Source: an uncultured PS1 clade bacterium (lineage in GTDB: Bacteria; Pseudomonadota; Alphaproteobacteria; MED-G09). Taken from it: DNA of 64,000 nt. Shown piece after piece: positions 46,327 through 55,049 of this stretch; position 1 is the first letter of the stretch, and each line of letters starts with the position of its first letter. Both the position numbers and the translations under genes were made by a program. The notes under the pieces are model-generated. The model saw only the letters and a list, made by a program, of their open reading frames with translations, did not search any database and was not told the DNA's origin. Location of the stretch: positions 3,668 through 67,667 of the forward strand of contig CACANC010000001.1 in assembly GCA_902533755.1 (NCBI GenBank). Direction: 5' to 3'.

Positions 46327-47694
46327 ATGGAAATTCGATTATATAACTCAAAAAGTAAGAAAAAAGAGATATTTCATCCTCTTGATGATGAAAATGTGAC
46401 TATGTATGTATGTGGCCCGACAGTTTATGGGTCACATCATATTGGCAATGCAAGACCAGCGGTAGTTTTTGATGTATTGGCAAAATTACTAAGAAATAAA
46501 TATAAAAATGTGACATATGCAAGAAACATAACTGATATTGATGATAAAATAATAAATGCTGCTTTAGAGCAAAATGTTGAAATATCTGAAATTACTAAGA
46601 AATCTACAAATCAATATCATTCAGATATGAAAATTTTGAATGTTGAAGAACCTAATAGGGAGCCTTATGCAACACAATTTATTTCTGAGATGATTTTATT
46701 TATTGAGGATCTAATAAAAAAAGATAATGCATACCTTTCTGAAGGACATGTGTTATTTAATATTGATTCTTATAAATCATATGGTGATTTATCTAGCAGA
46801 GATCCTAAAGATATGATTGCAGGCTCAAGAGTTGAAGTTCAAGATTACAAAAAAAATCCTTTAGATTTTGTTTTGTGGAAACCTTCTAATGAAAATGAGA
46901 TTGGCTGGAACAGTCCTTGGGGAAGAGGGCGACCAGGATGGCACCTAGAATGCTCAACTATGATTCTAGAGATATTTGGAAAAACTATAGATATTCATGG
47001 TGGAGGTGAAGATTTAAGGTTTCCTCATCATGAAAATGAGTGCGCGCAGTCATTTTGTAGAAATGATGGTAAGCAATTAGCAAATTTTTGGTTACATAAT
47101 GGAATGGTTCAAATGGCAGACTCCAAAATGTCTAAATCTCTTGGAAATATTATTTTAATTAAAGATTTAATTAACGATATGCCCGGAGAAGTAATAAGGT
47201 TATCTTTAATGAGTTCTCATTATAGACAGCCTTTAAAGTGGTCAGATGAATTAGTTAATCAATCAAAAAAAACATTAGATACTTTTTATTCATTCTTAGA
47301 ACAGTATGAGGATGTTGATATTATCGATGCTAAAATTAATGAAGAAATTCTTACTTCTTTATCTGATGACATTAATACACCAAAAGCAATATCAGTTCTG
47401 CATTCAATATTTAAAGATCTAAAAAAAGATTCTGACAATATTGAGTTAAGGAGCTCATTTATTAAATCTGCCAACTTTATGGGGCTTTTATTTTCAAAGC
47501 CAAGTAATTGGTTATTAAAAGAAGATAATAATGTTGATACAAAAGTAATTGATGGGCTAATTAAAGAAAGAAATCAAGCAAGGCAATCTAAAGATTTTTC
47601 AGCTGCGGATAAAATAAGAAATAAACTTTTAGATATGGGTGTAGTGCTTGAAGATAAGAATGATATTACTACTTGGAAGAAAAAAAATGATTAA
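46327..47694 (+). CDS. cysS: Cysteine--tRNA ligase
   Basis: YVCGPTVY, HIGN, GRPGWHLECS, FPHHENE, KMSKS. Confidence 0.98.
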   Translation: MEIRLYNSKSKKKEIFHPLDDENVTMYVCGPTVYGSHHIGNARPAVVFDVLAKLLRNKYKNVTYARNITDIDDKIINAALEQNVEISEITKKSTNQYHSDMKILNVEEPNREPYATQFISEMILFIEDLIKKDNAYLSEGHVLFNIDSYKSYGDLSSRDPKDMIAGSRVEVQDYKKNPLDFVLWKPSNENEIGWNSPWGRGRPGWHLECSTMILEIFGKTIDIHGGGEDLRFPHHENECAQSFCRNDGKQLANFWLHNGMVQMADSKMSKSLGNIILIKDLINDMPGEVIRLSLMSSHYRQPLKWSDELVNQSKKTLDTFYSFLEQYEDVDIIDAKINEEILTSLSDDINTPKAISVLHSIFKDLKKDSDNIELRSSFIKSANFMGLLFSKPSNWLLKEDNNVDTKVIDGLIKERNQARQSKDFSAADKIRNKLLDMGVVLEDKNDITTWKKKND

Positions 47695-48109
47695 GGATTT
47701 ATACAATACAAATATTTTAAGGTTATCATCAGATATCCCTAGATTAGGAAAGCTTGATAAACCACATTCTTCCTCTACGGTAGTAAGTAAATTATGTGGT
47801 TCTAAAATTACCGTTTATTTAAATATGGAAGATAATATTGTAAATGATTTTACCCATGAAATTAAAGCTTGTTCTCTTGGTAAGGCAGCATCCTCAGTTA
47901 TGGCAAGAAATATAATAGGATCAGGTTCAAAAGAGCTCTTAGAAATAAAAAAAGAAATGTACAATATGCTAAAGGAAAATGGTGCCCCTCCATCTGGAAA
48001 ATGGGAAGATTTGAAATATTTTGAACCAGTTAAGGACTTTAAAGGAAGGCATGCATCTGTTTTATTGGTTTTCGATGCTGTTGAAAATTGTATAAATGAG
48101 TTAAAATAA
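47687..48109 (+). CDS. IscU/NifU N-terminal-like Fe-S scaffold or sulfur-transfer protein
   Basis: SKLCGSKI, KACSLGKAASS, RHAS; start set at ATG 47687 overlapping the cysS stop. Confidence 0.85.
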   Translation: MIKDLYNTNILRLSSDIPRLGKLDKPHSSSTVVSKLCGSKITVYLNMEDNIVNDFTHEIKACSLGKAASSVMARNIIGSGSKELLEIKKEMYNMLKENGAPPSGKWEDLKYFEPVKDFKGRHASVLLVFDAVENCINELK

Positions 48110-48138
48110 AAAAAGGGAGCTTTCATCAAGCTCCCTTT
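48108..48138 (-). terminator. Intrinsic terminator of ncRNA copy 1 (possibly bidirectional)
   Basis: 11-bp stem AAAGGGAGCTT/AAGCTCCCTTT, 5-nt loop, U-tract on the minus strand. Confidence 0.85.
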
Positions 48139-48339
48139 AGTTTGACTTAACCGCCCCCGATTAAACCATGATCTTCCGCTACCTTTCTTCAGTGCTCCTT
48201 CTTTTTCAAGACCAGCTTCCTGTTTCTGGCTGGTTTCTATCCAGATATTTCTATCTTTCTTTTCACCATGGATCTTATACCATTCGATCCTCACTGCGGC
48301 TTCTCACCCGCCCATCGGTCATTGGTCATTGCGACCGAC
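48108..48339 (-). ncRNA. Structured non-coding RNA of about 230 nt, copy 1 (candidate IMES-type marine RNA, unverified)
   Basis: GC-rich island in AT-rich DNA; paralog of 50718-50952 with compensatory and wobble changes; has its own promoter and terminator. Confidence 0.85.
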
Positions 48340-48345
48340 AATTAG

Positions 48346-48422
48346 ATTAAAACATAATTATGGATCACAATCAATTATCAAAAGTCATTTAGTTGTGGAT
48401 AACTTCATTTTTCTGTGGATAA
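48346..48422 (-). promoter_or_regulatory. Promoter of ncRNA copy 1 with two DnaA boxes
   Basis: Minus-strand TTATCCACA at 48414-48422 and 48394-48402; TTGATT (48369-48374)-N17-TTTAAT (48346-48351), with TG one base before the -10. Confidence 0.8.
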
Positions 48423-48432
48423 AATAAATTGA

Positions 48433-50343
48433 TCAACTATCTGGTGCAGCAGTTTCTTTAAGAATCAAATCTATACTATCTTGTATGCTAAGTATTTCTT
48501 GTTTTTCTGAGCCAAGTTTTCTGATTGCGACAGTTCCATCATTCATCTCATTAACTCCAACAACAAAAATAAAAGGTATTTTATTTACCGAATGTTCTCG
48601 AACTTTATAATTAATTTTTTCGTTTCGAGAATCTAAAATAACCCTTATTCCTTTTTCTATAAATTTTTCTTCTATCTTATGAGCATATTTATCTGCTTTA
48701 GATGTTATAGTAGCAACCACCACTTGGATTGGAGCTAACCAAACAGGGAACCTTCCTTCATAATGCTCAATTAAAATACCTGTAAATCTCTCTAAACTTC
48801 CTAAAATAGCACGATGAAGCATAACGGGCGTATGTTTTTCATTATCTTCTCCAATATAATTTGCCCTCAATCTTCCTGGCATATTAAAATCAACCTGTAA
48901 TGTTCCACATTGCCATTTTCTACCAATAGCATCGTGAAGATAAAAATCTAACTTCGGTCCATAAAAAGCGCCATCTCCATTATTTATATCAAAGGGTATG
49001 CCTGTTGCTTTAGACGCATTCAAAAGTGCATTTTCAGCTTTATCCCAGATCTCATCTTTACCTACCCTTTGGTCTGGCCTATCAGCATACATTATTGAAA
49101 CCTCTTCAAAACCCAATTCACTATATACATCCTGAAGCAGTTTACAAAAACTTATAGTTTCACTCTCTATTTGATCTTCGGTGCAGAAAATATGCGCATC
49201 ATCTTGAACAAAATTCCTAACCCTCATTAAACCATGCAGTGCACCAGATGGCTCATTACGATGGCATGAACCAAATTCTGCCATTCTCAGTGGAAGATCT
49301 TTATAGCTTTTTATACCTTGATTATATATTTGAACATGGCCTGGGCAGTTCATAGGTTTAATCATCAATTCTCTATCATCAATAATTGTTTTATACATAT
49401 TATCTTTGTATTTATCCCAATGACCTGACTCAACCCATAAATCTTTATCTAAAATTTGCGGTGTTTTGATTTCTTTATATCCTTCTTTTGAAATTTTTCT
49501 TCGAATATAGTCTTCCAACTCTTTATAAATTGACCAACCATTTGCATGCCAAAAAACCATACCAGGTGCAATGTCTTGAAAGTGGAAAAGGTCTAACTCT
49601 TTTCCAATTTTTCTGTGATCTCTTTTCTCTGCTTCCTCAAGAAGAATAAGATGTTTTTTTAACTCTTTTTCAGATGCCCACGCGGTTCCATATACTCTTT
49701 GAAGCATTTTATTATCAGAGCTACCCCTCCAATATGCTCCAGCAATTTTTGTTAATTTAAAAGCTTTTAAGTGCCTAACTGATGTAACATGAGGGCCTCT
49801 ACACATATCAATATATTCATTATGATGATATAGGGCTATAATCTCATCATTGGGAATTTCATTAATTATTTCAACTTTATAAGGTTCATTTCTTTTCTCA
49901 AATGTATCAAGCGCCTTTTTTCTTGTTACAACTTCTCTAACAACACCATAATTTGTTTGAGCTAATTCTTTCATTCTTAACTCAATTTTTTCTAAATCAT
50001 TCTCACTTAATGACTCCTCAAGATCAATATCGTAATAGAAACCATTTTCTATAGTTGGTCCTATAGCCATTTTTGCTTTAGGATATAATTGTTTTAAAGC
50101 ATGGCCAAACAAATGGGCACATGAATGCCTAATTATCTCTATTCCATCTTCATCACTATTTGTGATTAAAACTACATCAGAATCTGCTTCAATTAGCTCT
50201 GATGCATCTACAATTTTTCCATTAAGCATACCAGCAACAGTTGCTTTAGCTAATCCCGATCCAATTGAAGATGCAAGTTCATCAAAATTAATTGGCTTAT
50301 CGAATTCTTTTACTGATCCATCTGGTAATTTTATTTTTGGCAT
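48433..50343 (-). CDS. thrS: Threonine--tRNA ligase
   Basis: TGS domain, [39 protein letters not shown]. Confidence 0.98.
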   Translation of the reverse strand: MPKIKLPDGSVKEFDKPINFDELASSIGSGLAKATVAGMLNGKIVDASELIEADSDVVLITNSDEDGIEIIRHSCAHLFGHALKQLYPKAKMAIGPTIENGFYYDIDLEESLSENDLEKIELRMKELAQTNYGVVREVVTRKKALDTFEKRNEPYKVEIINEIPNDEIIALYHHNEYIDMCRGPHVTSVRHLKAFKLTKIAGAYWRGSSDNKMLQRVYGTAWASEKELKKHLILLEEAEKRDHRKIGKELDLFHFQDIAPGMVFWHANGWSIYKELEDYIRRKISKEGYKEIKTPQILDKDLWVESGHWDKYKDNMYKTIIDDRELMIKPMNCPGHVQIYNQGIKSYKDLPLRMAEFGSCHRNEPSGALHGLMRVRNFVQDDAHIFCTEDQIESETISFCKLLQDVYSELGFEEVSIMYADRPDQRVGKDEIWDKAENALLNASKATGIPFDINNGDGAFYGPKLDFYLHDAIGRKWQCGTLQVDFNMPGRLRANYIGEDNEKHTPVMLHRAILGSLERFTGILIEHYEGRFPVWLAPIQVVVATITSKADKYAHKIEEKFIEKGIRVILDSRNEKINYKVREHSVNKIPFIFVVGVNEMNDGTVAIRKLGSEKQEILSIQDSIDLILKETAAPDS

Positions 50344-50345
50344 AA

Positions 50346-50591
50346 CTAATTATTTATCTTCTTTTTAATAGGAACTGGATCATATCCATAACCACCCCAA
50401 GGATTACATTTTATAATACGAATAAAGGATAATTTAAAACCATGAAAAAATCCATGTTTTGAAAAAGCTTCCATTGCATAAGATGAACATGAAGGCTCAA
50501 ATCTACAAGACTTACCTAAAAAAGGTGATATTAAATATTTGTACCCCCTGATTAATATAATACATATTTTACTTGCTATACCCATAACCAT
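50346..50591 (-). CDS. yidD: Membrane protein insertion efficiency factor YidD
   Basis: [35 protein letters not shown]. Confidence 0.95.
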   Translation of the reverse strand: MVMGIASKICIILIRGYKYLISPFLGKSCRFEPSCSSYAMEAFSKHGFFHGFKLSFIRIIKCNPWGGYGYDPVPIKKKINN

Positions 50592-50634
50592 AAAATTAAT
50601 AAGTTATTTATATGCTATAAATTAATTTGTTATT

Positions 50635-50711
50635 TTATCCACAGAAAAATTGAGTTATCCACAAAAAAATAATGCAGCTGAATTGACCAACACTATTTGC
50701 TATGTCTTAAT
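50635..50711 (+). promoter_or_regulatory. Promoter of ncRNA copy 2 with two DnaA boxes
   Basis: TTATCCACA at 50635-50643 and 50655-50663; TTGACC (50683-50688)-N17-CTTAAT (50706-50711), with TG one base before the -10. Confidence 0.8.
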
Positions 50712-50717
50712 AATTGT

Positions 50718-50952
50718 GACGGTCGTAATGACCAATGGCCGTTGGGCGGGTGATATGCCGCTGTGAGGGTCGGATGGTCTCCGATCCATGGTGAAAGTAA
50801 AGGTAGCAATATCTTGAGGATAGCCAGCCAAAAGACAGAAAGCTGGTCTGTAAAAGGAAGAAGCGCTGGATTAGGGTAGCGAGATATCAGTCTTAATCGG
50901 GGGCGATTAAGTCACACTAAAAGGGAGCTCGATGTGGGTTCCCTTTTTTTTT
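50718..50952 (+). ncRNA. Structured non-coding RNA of about 235 nt, copy 2 (candidate IMES-type marine RNA, unverified)
   Basis: Hairpins GACGGTC/GGCCGTT, GGGTCGGA/TCCGATCC, AGGTA-GCAA-TATCT, CCAGC/GCTGG, CTTAATCG-GGGG-CGATTAAG; paralog of copy 1. Confidence 0.85.
50920..50952 (+). terminator. Intrinsic terminator of ncRNA copy 2
   Basis: GGGAGCTC/GGGTTCCC stem followed by T9. Confidence 0.85.
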
Positions 50953-50956
50953 AAAA

Positions 50957-52171
50957 TTAACATTTTCCAATTATTCCATTTTCTTCTAATTTATTAATTT
51001 CTTCTGTTGAGTAACCCATTTCACTTAATATTTCTTTGTTATGTTCACCGAGTAGAGGTGCCGGTCCTTTTGGTCCTACATCACTATCATGGAATTTAAC
51101 CGGAGAAGCTAAAGAAAGGTATTTTTCTTCACATTCTGGGTCTTCAATTTCAACAAATGATCCTGCTTCAATAGCTTGTTTGTCATTTGCAACTTCGCTT
51201 AAATTTTGTACAGGCGCCCAAATTAGATCTTCTTTGTCTAATCTTTCACCCCATTCTTCAAGAGTTAATTGACTAAAAGCTTCATCCATAGCTTTTACAA
51301 AGTCTGTAGAGTTAGACCTTCTACCATGATGATTATTAAATCTCTCATCTTCCAACCATTCTTCTCTCCCGATAGCTCTTGCTACTTGAGGTAAATCCCA
51401 ATCACCTCCTGCTCTTGGACTAAGGCATATCCATCTATCATCTTTGGTTTTAAAAAAATTAGCTATTGGATTTATTTGTTCATCTCTTTTTTTTGTTGAT
51501 GGAACTCTTCCAAACCTTAATTGAAGGGCCATATCTGAGCCTATGGAATAAATTCCTGTCCTTAAGAGAGAGCTCTCAACAACTTTACCTTTACCTGTTT
51601 TTTGTCTTTCATAAACTGCAGCTAATATTCCACTAACTGTTGATATTGAGGTGATATGATCTCCAACAGCAACTCTGATAGGTAAGGGCTCTTCACCTTT
51701 TCTCTGAGTTAAATGTGCCATTCCAGATCTTGACCAAAATGCAGCAATATCAAAACCAGGTCGATCTCTTTCTTCCCCGTCAAGACCGTAACCTGACAAA
51801 GAGCAATATATTAGCTTAGGATTAATTTCCAAAAGCGTTTCATGATCAAGTTTTGATTTTTCTAATGATGTAGGTCTAACATTTGTCAAAAAGATATCTG
51901 CATCTTTAATTAATTGTCTAACAATATCAGCACCTTTTTCATTGCTAGTATTTATTGTCATCCCTTTTTTACCTCTATTATCGAGACTAAAGATAGGGTT
52001 ACCTACGATTTCTAATTTTGATTTTGTTCCTTCAAAAAATGATCTCATTGGACAACCTGTCAATGGTTCAACTTTAATAACCTCTGCTCCCCAATCTCGA
52101 AGCATACCACCTGCTCCAGGAGCGGCTACATACGTTGACATCTCAATAACTCTTAATCCTTCTAACATCAT
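50957..52171 (-). CDS. Family III CoA-transferase (CaiB/BaiF)
   Basis: LEGLRVIE, GAEVIKVEP, NRGKK, ADIFLTNVRP, PGFD, APLLGEH. Confidence 0.93.
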   Translation of the reverse strand: MMLEGLRVIEMSTYVAAPGAGGMLRDWGAEVIKVEPLTGCPMRSFFEGTKSKLEIVGNPIFSLDNRGKKGMTINTSNEKGADIVRQLIKDADIFLTNVRPTSLEKSKLDHETLLEINPKLIYCSLSGYGLDGEERDRPGFDIAAFWSRSGMAHLTQRKGEEPLPIRVAVGDHITSISTVSGILAAVYERQKTGKGKVVESSLLRTGIYSIGSDMALQLRFGRVPSTKKRDEQINPIANFFKTKDDRWICLSPRAGGDWDLPQVARAIGREEWLEDERFNNHHGRRSNSTDFVKAMDEAFSQLTLEEWGERLDKEDLIWAPVQNLSEVANDKQAIEAGSFVEIEDPECEEKYLSLASPVKFHDSDVGPKGPAPLLGEHNKEILSEMGYSTEEINKLEENGIIGKC

Positions 52172-52233
52172 CTCTCCTCATCTTAACAAAAATAAATGAT
52201 TAAATATTTTGAACTATGCTATAGCATTATATT

Positions 52234-53025
52234 ATGGAAAATTCTTCTAATAAATTAATACCTGCTTCTACTGTCTTAGTTATTAGAGACGGTGTTGATG
52301 ATATAGAAGTCTTTATGGTTGTAAGGCATCACCAAATAGATTTTGCATCAGGTGCTTTAGTCTTTCCGGGTGGAAAAGTTGACGAAAGTGATCTTAATCC
52401 AGAATTAAGAAGATATGTATTTGCCGAAAAAGAAATTAGTGATCAAGAGTTAAGTTATAAAATTGCAGGAATAAGAGAGTGTTATGAAGAAGCAGATGTA
52501 TTATTTGCATACGAGCAAAATAAGAAAGAAATAATATCAAGTGAAAAATTGGAGAAATTAGCTCAGTGGCGAGATAAATTTAATAACAAAAAGGGATCAA
52601 TGTTTGATTTTGCTGTTAAAGAAAACATTAAATTTAATTTAGACAATTTAATTCCATTTGCACATTGGGTAACCCCAAAAATGATGCCAAAGAGGTTTGA
52701 TACTTATTTTTATCTTGCTGAAGCCCCAAGAGATCATATAGGCAAGCATGATGGAAAAGAGTCTATAGATTCAATTTGGATTTCTCCAAAACAGGCATTA
52801 GAAGACTGTATAGCTGAAAAACGAACTATAATTTTTCCGACAAGAATGAATTTAGAAAAATTATCAAAATTTAGAACTGTTAAAGAAGCCCTTGATGAAG
52901 TTAAAAAAGAAACAGTTATCACTGTTGAACCCAAGATAGAAAAGAATGAAGATGGAGTATTTTTAACAATACCTGAGAAGGCTGGATATGGTCTAATTAA
53001 AGAGCCTATAGAGAATTTAAAATAA
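52234..53025 (+). CDS. Nudix hydrolase (NUDT19-like, possible acyl-CoA diphosphatase)
   Basis: VFPGGKVD, IRECYEE, HWVTP, RFDTYFY, FPT. Confidence 0.8.
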   Translation: MENSSNKLIPASTVLVIRDGVDDIEVFMVVRHHQIDFASGALVFPGGKVDESDLNPELRRYVFAEKEISDQELSYKIAGIRECYEEADVLFAYEQNKKEIISSEKLEKLAQWRDKFNNKKGSMFDFAVKENIKFNLDNLIPFAHWVTPKMMPKRFDTYFYLAEAPRDHIGKHDGKESIDSIWISPKQALEDCIAEKRTIIFPTRMNLEKLSKFRTVKEALDEVKKETVITVEPKIEKNEDGVFLTIPEKAGYGLIKEPIENLK

Positions 53026-53026
53026 A

Positions 53027-53794
53027 TTAAGAGTAAGTAAATTGTTCTTCTAAAATTTTTTCTTCTAGATTTGTTTCAGGATCAAAGAGCATAAACAATT
53101 CCGTTTTTCTATCCTCTGTTATTTTAACGCTTTCTATGTCTCTTATTTCAAGATTATCTGCAACTGCACTTACTGGTCTCTTATTTTTTTCTAATATTTC
53201 AATTTCAACTATTGAATCATGAGGCAGTAGTGCACCTTTCCATCGTCTTGGTCTAAATGCTGATATAGGAGTTAATGCTAATAAATTTGAAGTAATTGGA
53301 AGTATTGGTCCATGAGCAGATAAATTATAGGCTGTGCTCCCTGCAGGTGTTGCAAGTAAAATACCATCACATATTAATTCTTCTAATCTAATTTTATCAT
53401 CTATCTTAATTTTTATTTTTGCTGCTTGATATGTTTGTCTCAAAAGAGAAACCTCATTAATAGCTTTTGCTGATATTTCATCATGTTCAGTTATAACTGT
53501 CATTTGAAGAGGGTAAACTTTTGTTAAAGTGGCAGATTCAATTCTTTCTAACAGGTCGTCATCGTTATAATCGTTCATTAAGAAACCAACAGATCCTTTG
53601 TTAATACCAAAAATAGGCTTTGCCTCTTCAATATTATCATGAAGCGTTTTTAACATAAGTCCATCACCTCCAAGCGCAACAATTACATCAGCTTCAGAAG
53701 CAGAATAATCCTTGTATTTTTCTACTAGATTATCTTTTGCATCTTTTGCAGCCTTATTATCACTTGAAACAAAATGTATTTTTTTATCAGACAT
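53027..53794 (-). CDS. nadK: NAD kinase
   Basis: [34 protein letters not shown]. Confidence 0.95.
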   Translation of the reverse strand: MSDKKIHFVSSDNKAAKDAKDNLVEKYKDYSASEADVIVALGGDGLMLKTLHDNIEEAKPIFGINKGSVGFLMNDYNDDDLLERIESATLTKVYPLQMTVITEHDEISAKAINEVSLLRQTYQAAKIKIKIDDKIRLEELICDGILLATPAGSTAYNLSAHGPILPITSNLLALTPISAFRPRRWKGALLPHDSIVEIEILEKNKRPVSAVADNLEIRDIESVKITEDRKTELFMLFDPETNLEEKILEEQFTYS

Positions 53795-53879
53795 TTTTTT
53801 TAAATATCACTTCCTCTTGATAATTCATACCTAAATTACTAAAGTTTTATCTTTGGTTTTTATCTATTTAGGTGAATAA

Positions 53880-55046
53880 ATGAATTCAGACAACAGTAAG
53901 GTTGATTTAGTGAGTCAGGATGAGATGTATGATCCATCTATATCGGCTTCAAAATTATTAAATGGAAATAGAGTCTACCATTATGATTTATATGATCCTC
54001 CATTTTATATATTATCTAGATATGAAGATATTAGCTATGCTTTAAGAGAGCCTGATATCTTTATCGAAGGACATGGAAATGGACCTAATTTTATTGATTC
54101 TTCCAATGGTGTGCTCTCTGATGGAGAGCACCACACATTGATCAGAAGGATTGTGCAGCCGAATTTTTTAATGGGCTCAATTGCAAAATTAGAAGAAAGA
54201 TTGGAAAAGATTGCAGAAGAGCTTCTTGATGATGTGATAGAAAAAGATACCTGGGATATCCATGATAATTTATCATTCCCGCTACCAGTAATAATTATAT
54301 GTGAGATATTAGGTATTCCTATTGATGACATTCATAAATTTAAGCGTTGGGCAGATGCTACAGTAGAACAAATGTGTAGCGAGGAACCTCAAAAATTTGA
54401 AAAAGAATTAAGTCAAATGAGAGATTATTTATTAGACCTCATACTTAAAAAAAGAAAACAAGACGAAGATAGCACCCTTTTATCAAGGATTGCTCATTCA
54501 AAAATTGATTCAAGTTATTTATCAGATGATGAGGCTGTGAATTTGACTGTGCAAATATTTGTTGCAGGAAATGAGACAACAACCTCTTTAATTTCGAATT
54601 TAGTTTGGAGATTAATGACTATCGATAATTTGTGGGAAGATTTTGTAAATAACAAAATTGATATTAATAACGCTATAAACGAGAGTCTTCGTTATGATCC
54701 TCCTCTCTTAGGGTTATTTAAAACTACATCTAAAGAAGTGAATATTGAAGGAAATATCATACCGAAAAATTCGAAAGTAATGATGCATTATGGTGCGGCA
54801 AATAGAGATCCTGTGATTTTTAAAAATCCAAACACATTTGATTTAACTCGAGATGGGAGCAAAGTAATTTCTTTTAGTGTAGGAGTTCATATTTGTTTGG
54901 GAAGAGAGCTTGCGCGGTTAGAGACTAAGGTTACACTTAATGCATTAAAAAAGAGATTTCCTAATCTAAGATTAATTAATGAAGGAGAGAGAGTGGGCCC
55001 CTTTCTTTTTTGGGGTAGAAAAAAACTTCCTGTTTCTCACAAATAA
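53880..55046 (+). CDS. Cytochrome P450
   Basis: AGNETT, ESLR, heme motif FSVGVHICLG. Confidence 0.95.
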   Translation: MNSDNSKVDLVSQDEMYDPSISASKLLNGNRVYHYDLYDPPFYILSRYEDISYALREPDIFIEGHGNGPNFIDSSNGVLSDGEHHTLIRRIVQPNFLMGSIAKLEERLEKIAEELLDDVIEKDTWDIHDNLSFPLPVIIICEILGIPIDDIHKFKRWADATVEQMCSEEPQKFEKELSQMRDYLLDLILKKRKQDEDSTLLSRIAHSKIDSSYLSDDEAVNLTVQIFVAGNETTTSLISNLVWRLMTIDNLWEDFVNNKIDINNAINESLRYDPPLLGLFKTTSKEVNIEGNIIPKNSKVMMHYGAANRDPVIFKNPNTFDLTRDGSKVISFSVGVHICLGRELARLETKVTLNALKKRFPNLRLINEGERVGPFLFWGRKKLPVSHK

Positions 55047-55049
55047 AAA

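Noticed and set aside
47815..48350. ORFs 47815-48294 (-) and 48168-48350 (+) across ncRNA copy 1
   Set aside because: No equivalent ORF in the track for the paralogous copy; one is antisense to the iscU-like gene; substitutions follow RNA pairing rather than codon structure
48108..50952. Composite transposon or IS interpretation of the inverted repeats
   Set aside because: No transposase or integrase, no target-site duplication seen, and the cargo is housekeeping genes; the repeats have a promoter-RNA-terminator layout
50718..50952. T-box or riboswitch controlling thrS
   Set aside because: Copy 2 points away from yidD-thrS and copy 1 lies downstream of thrS; neither precedes a co-oriented gene, and no T-box motif is visible
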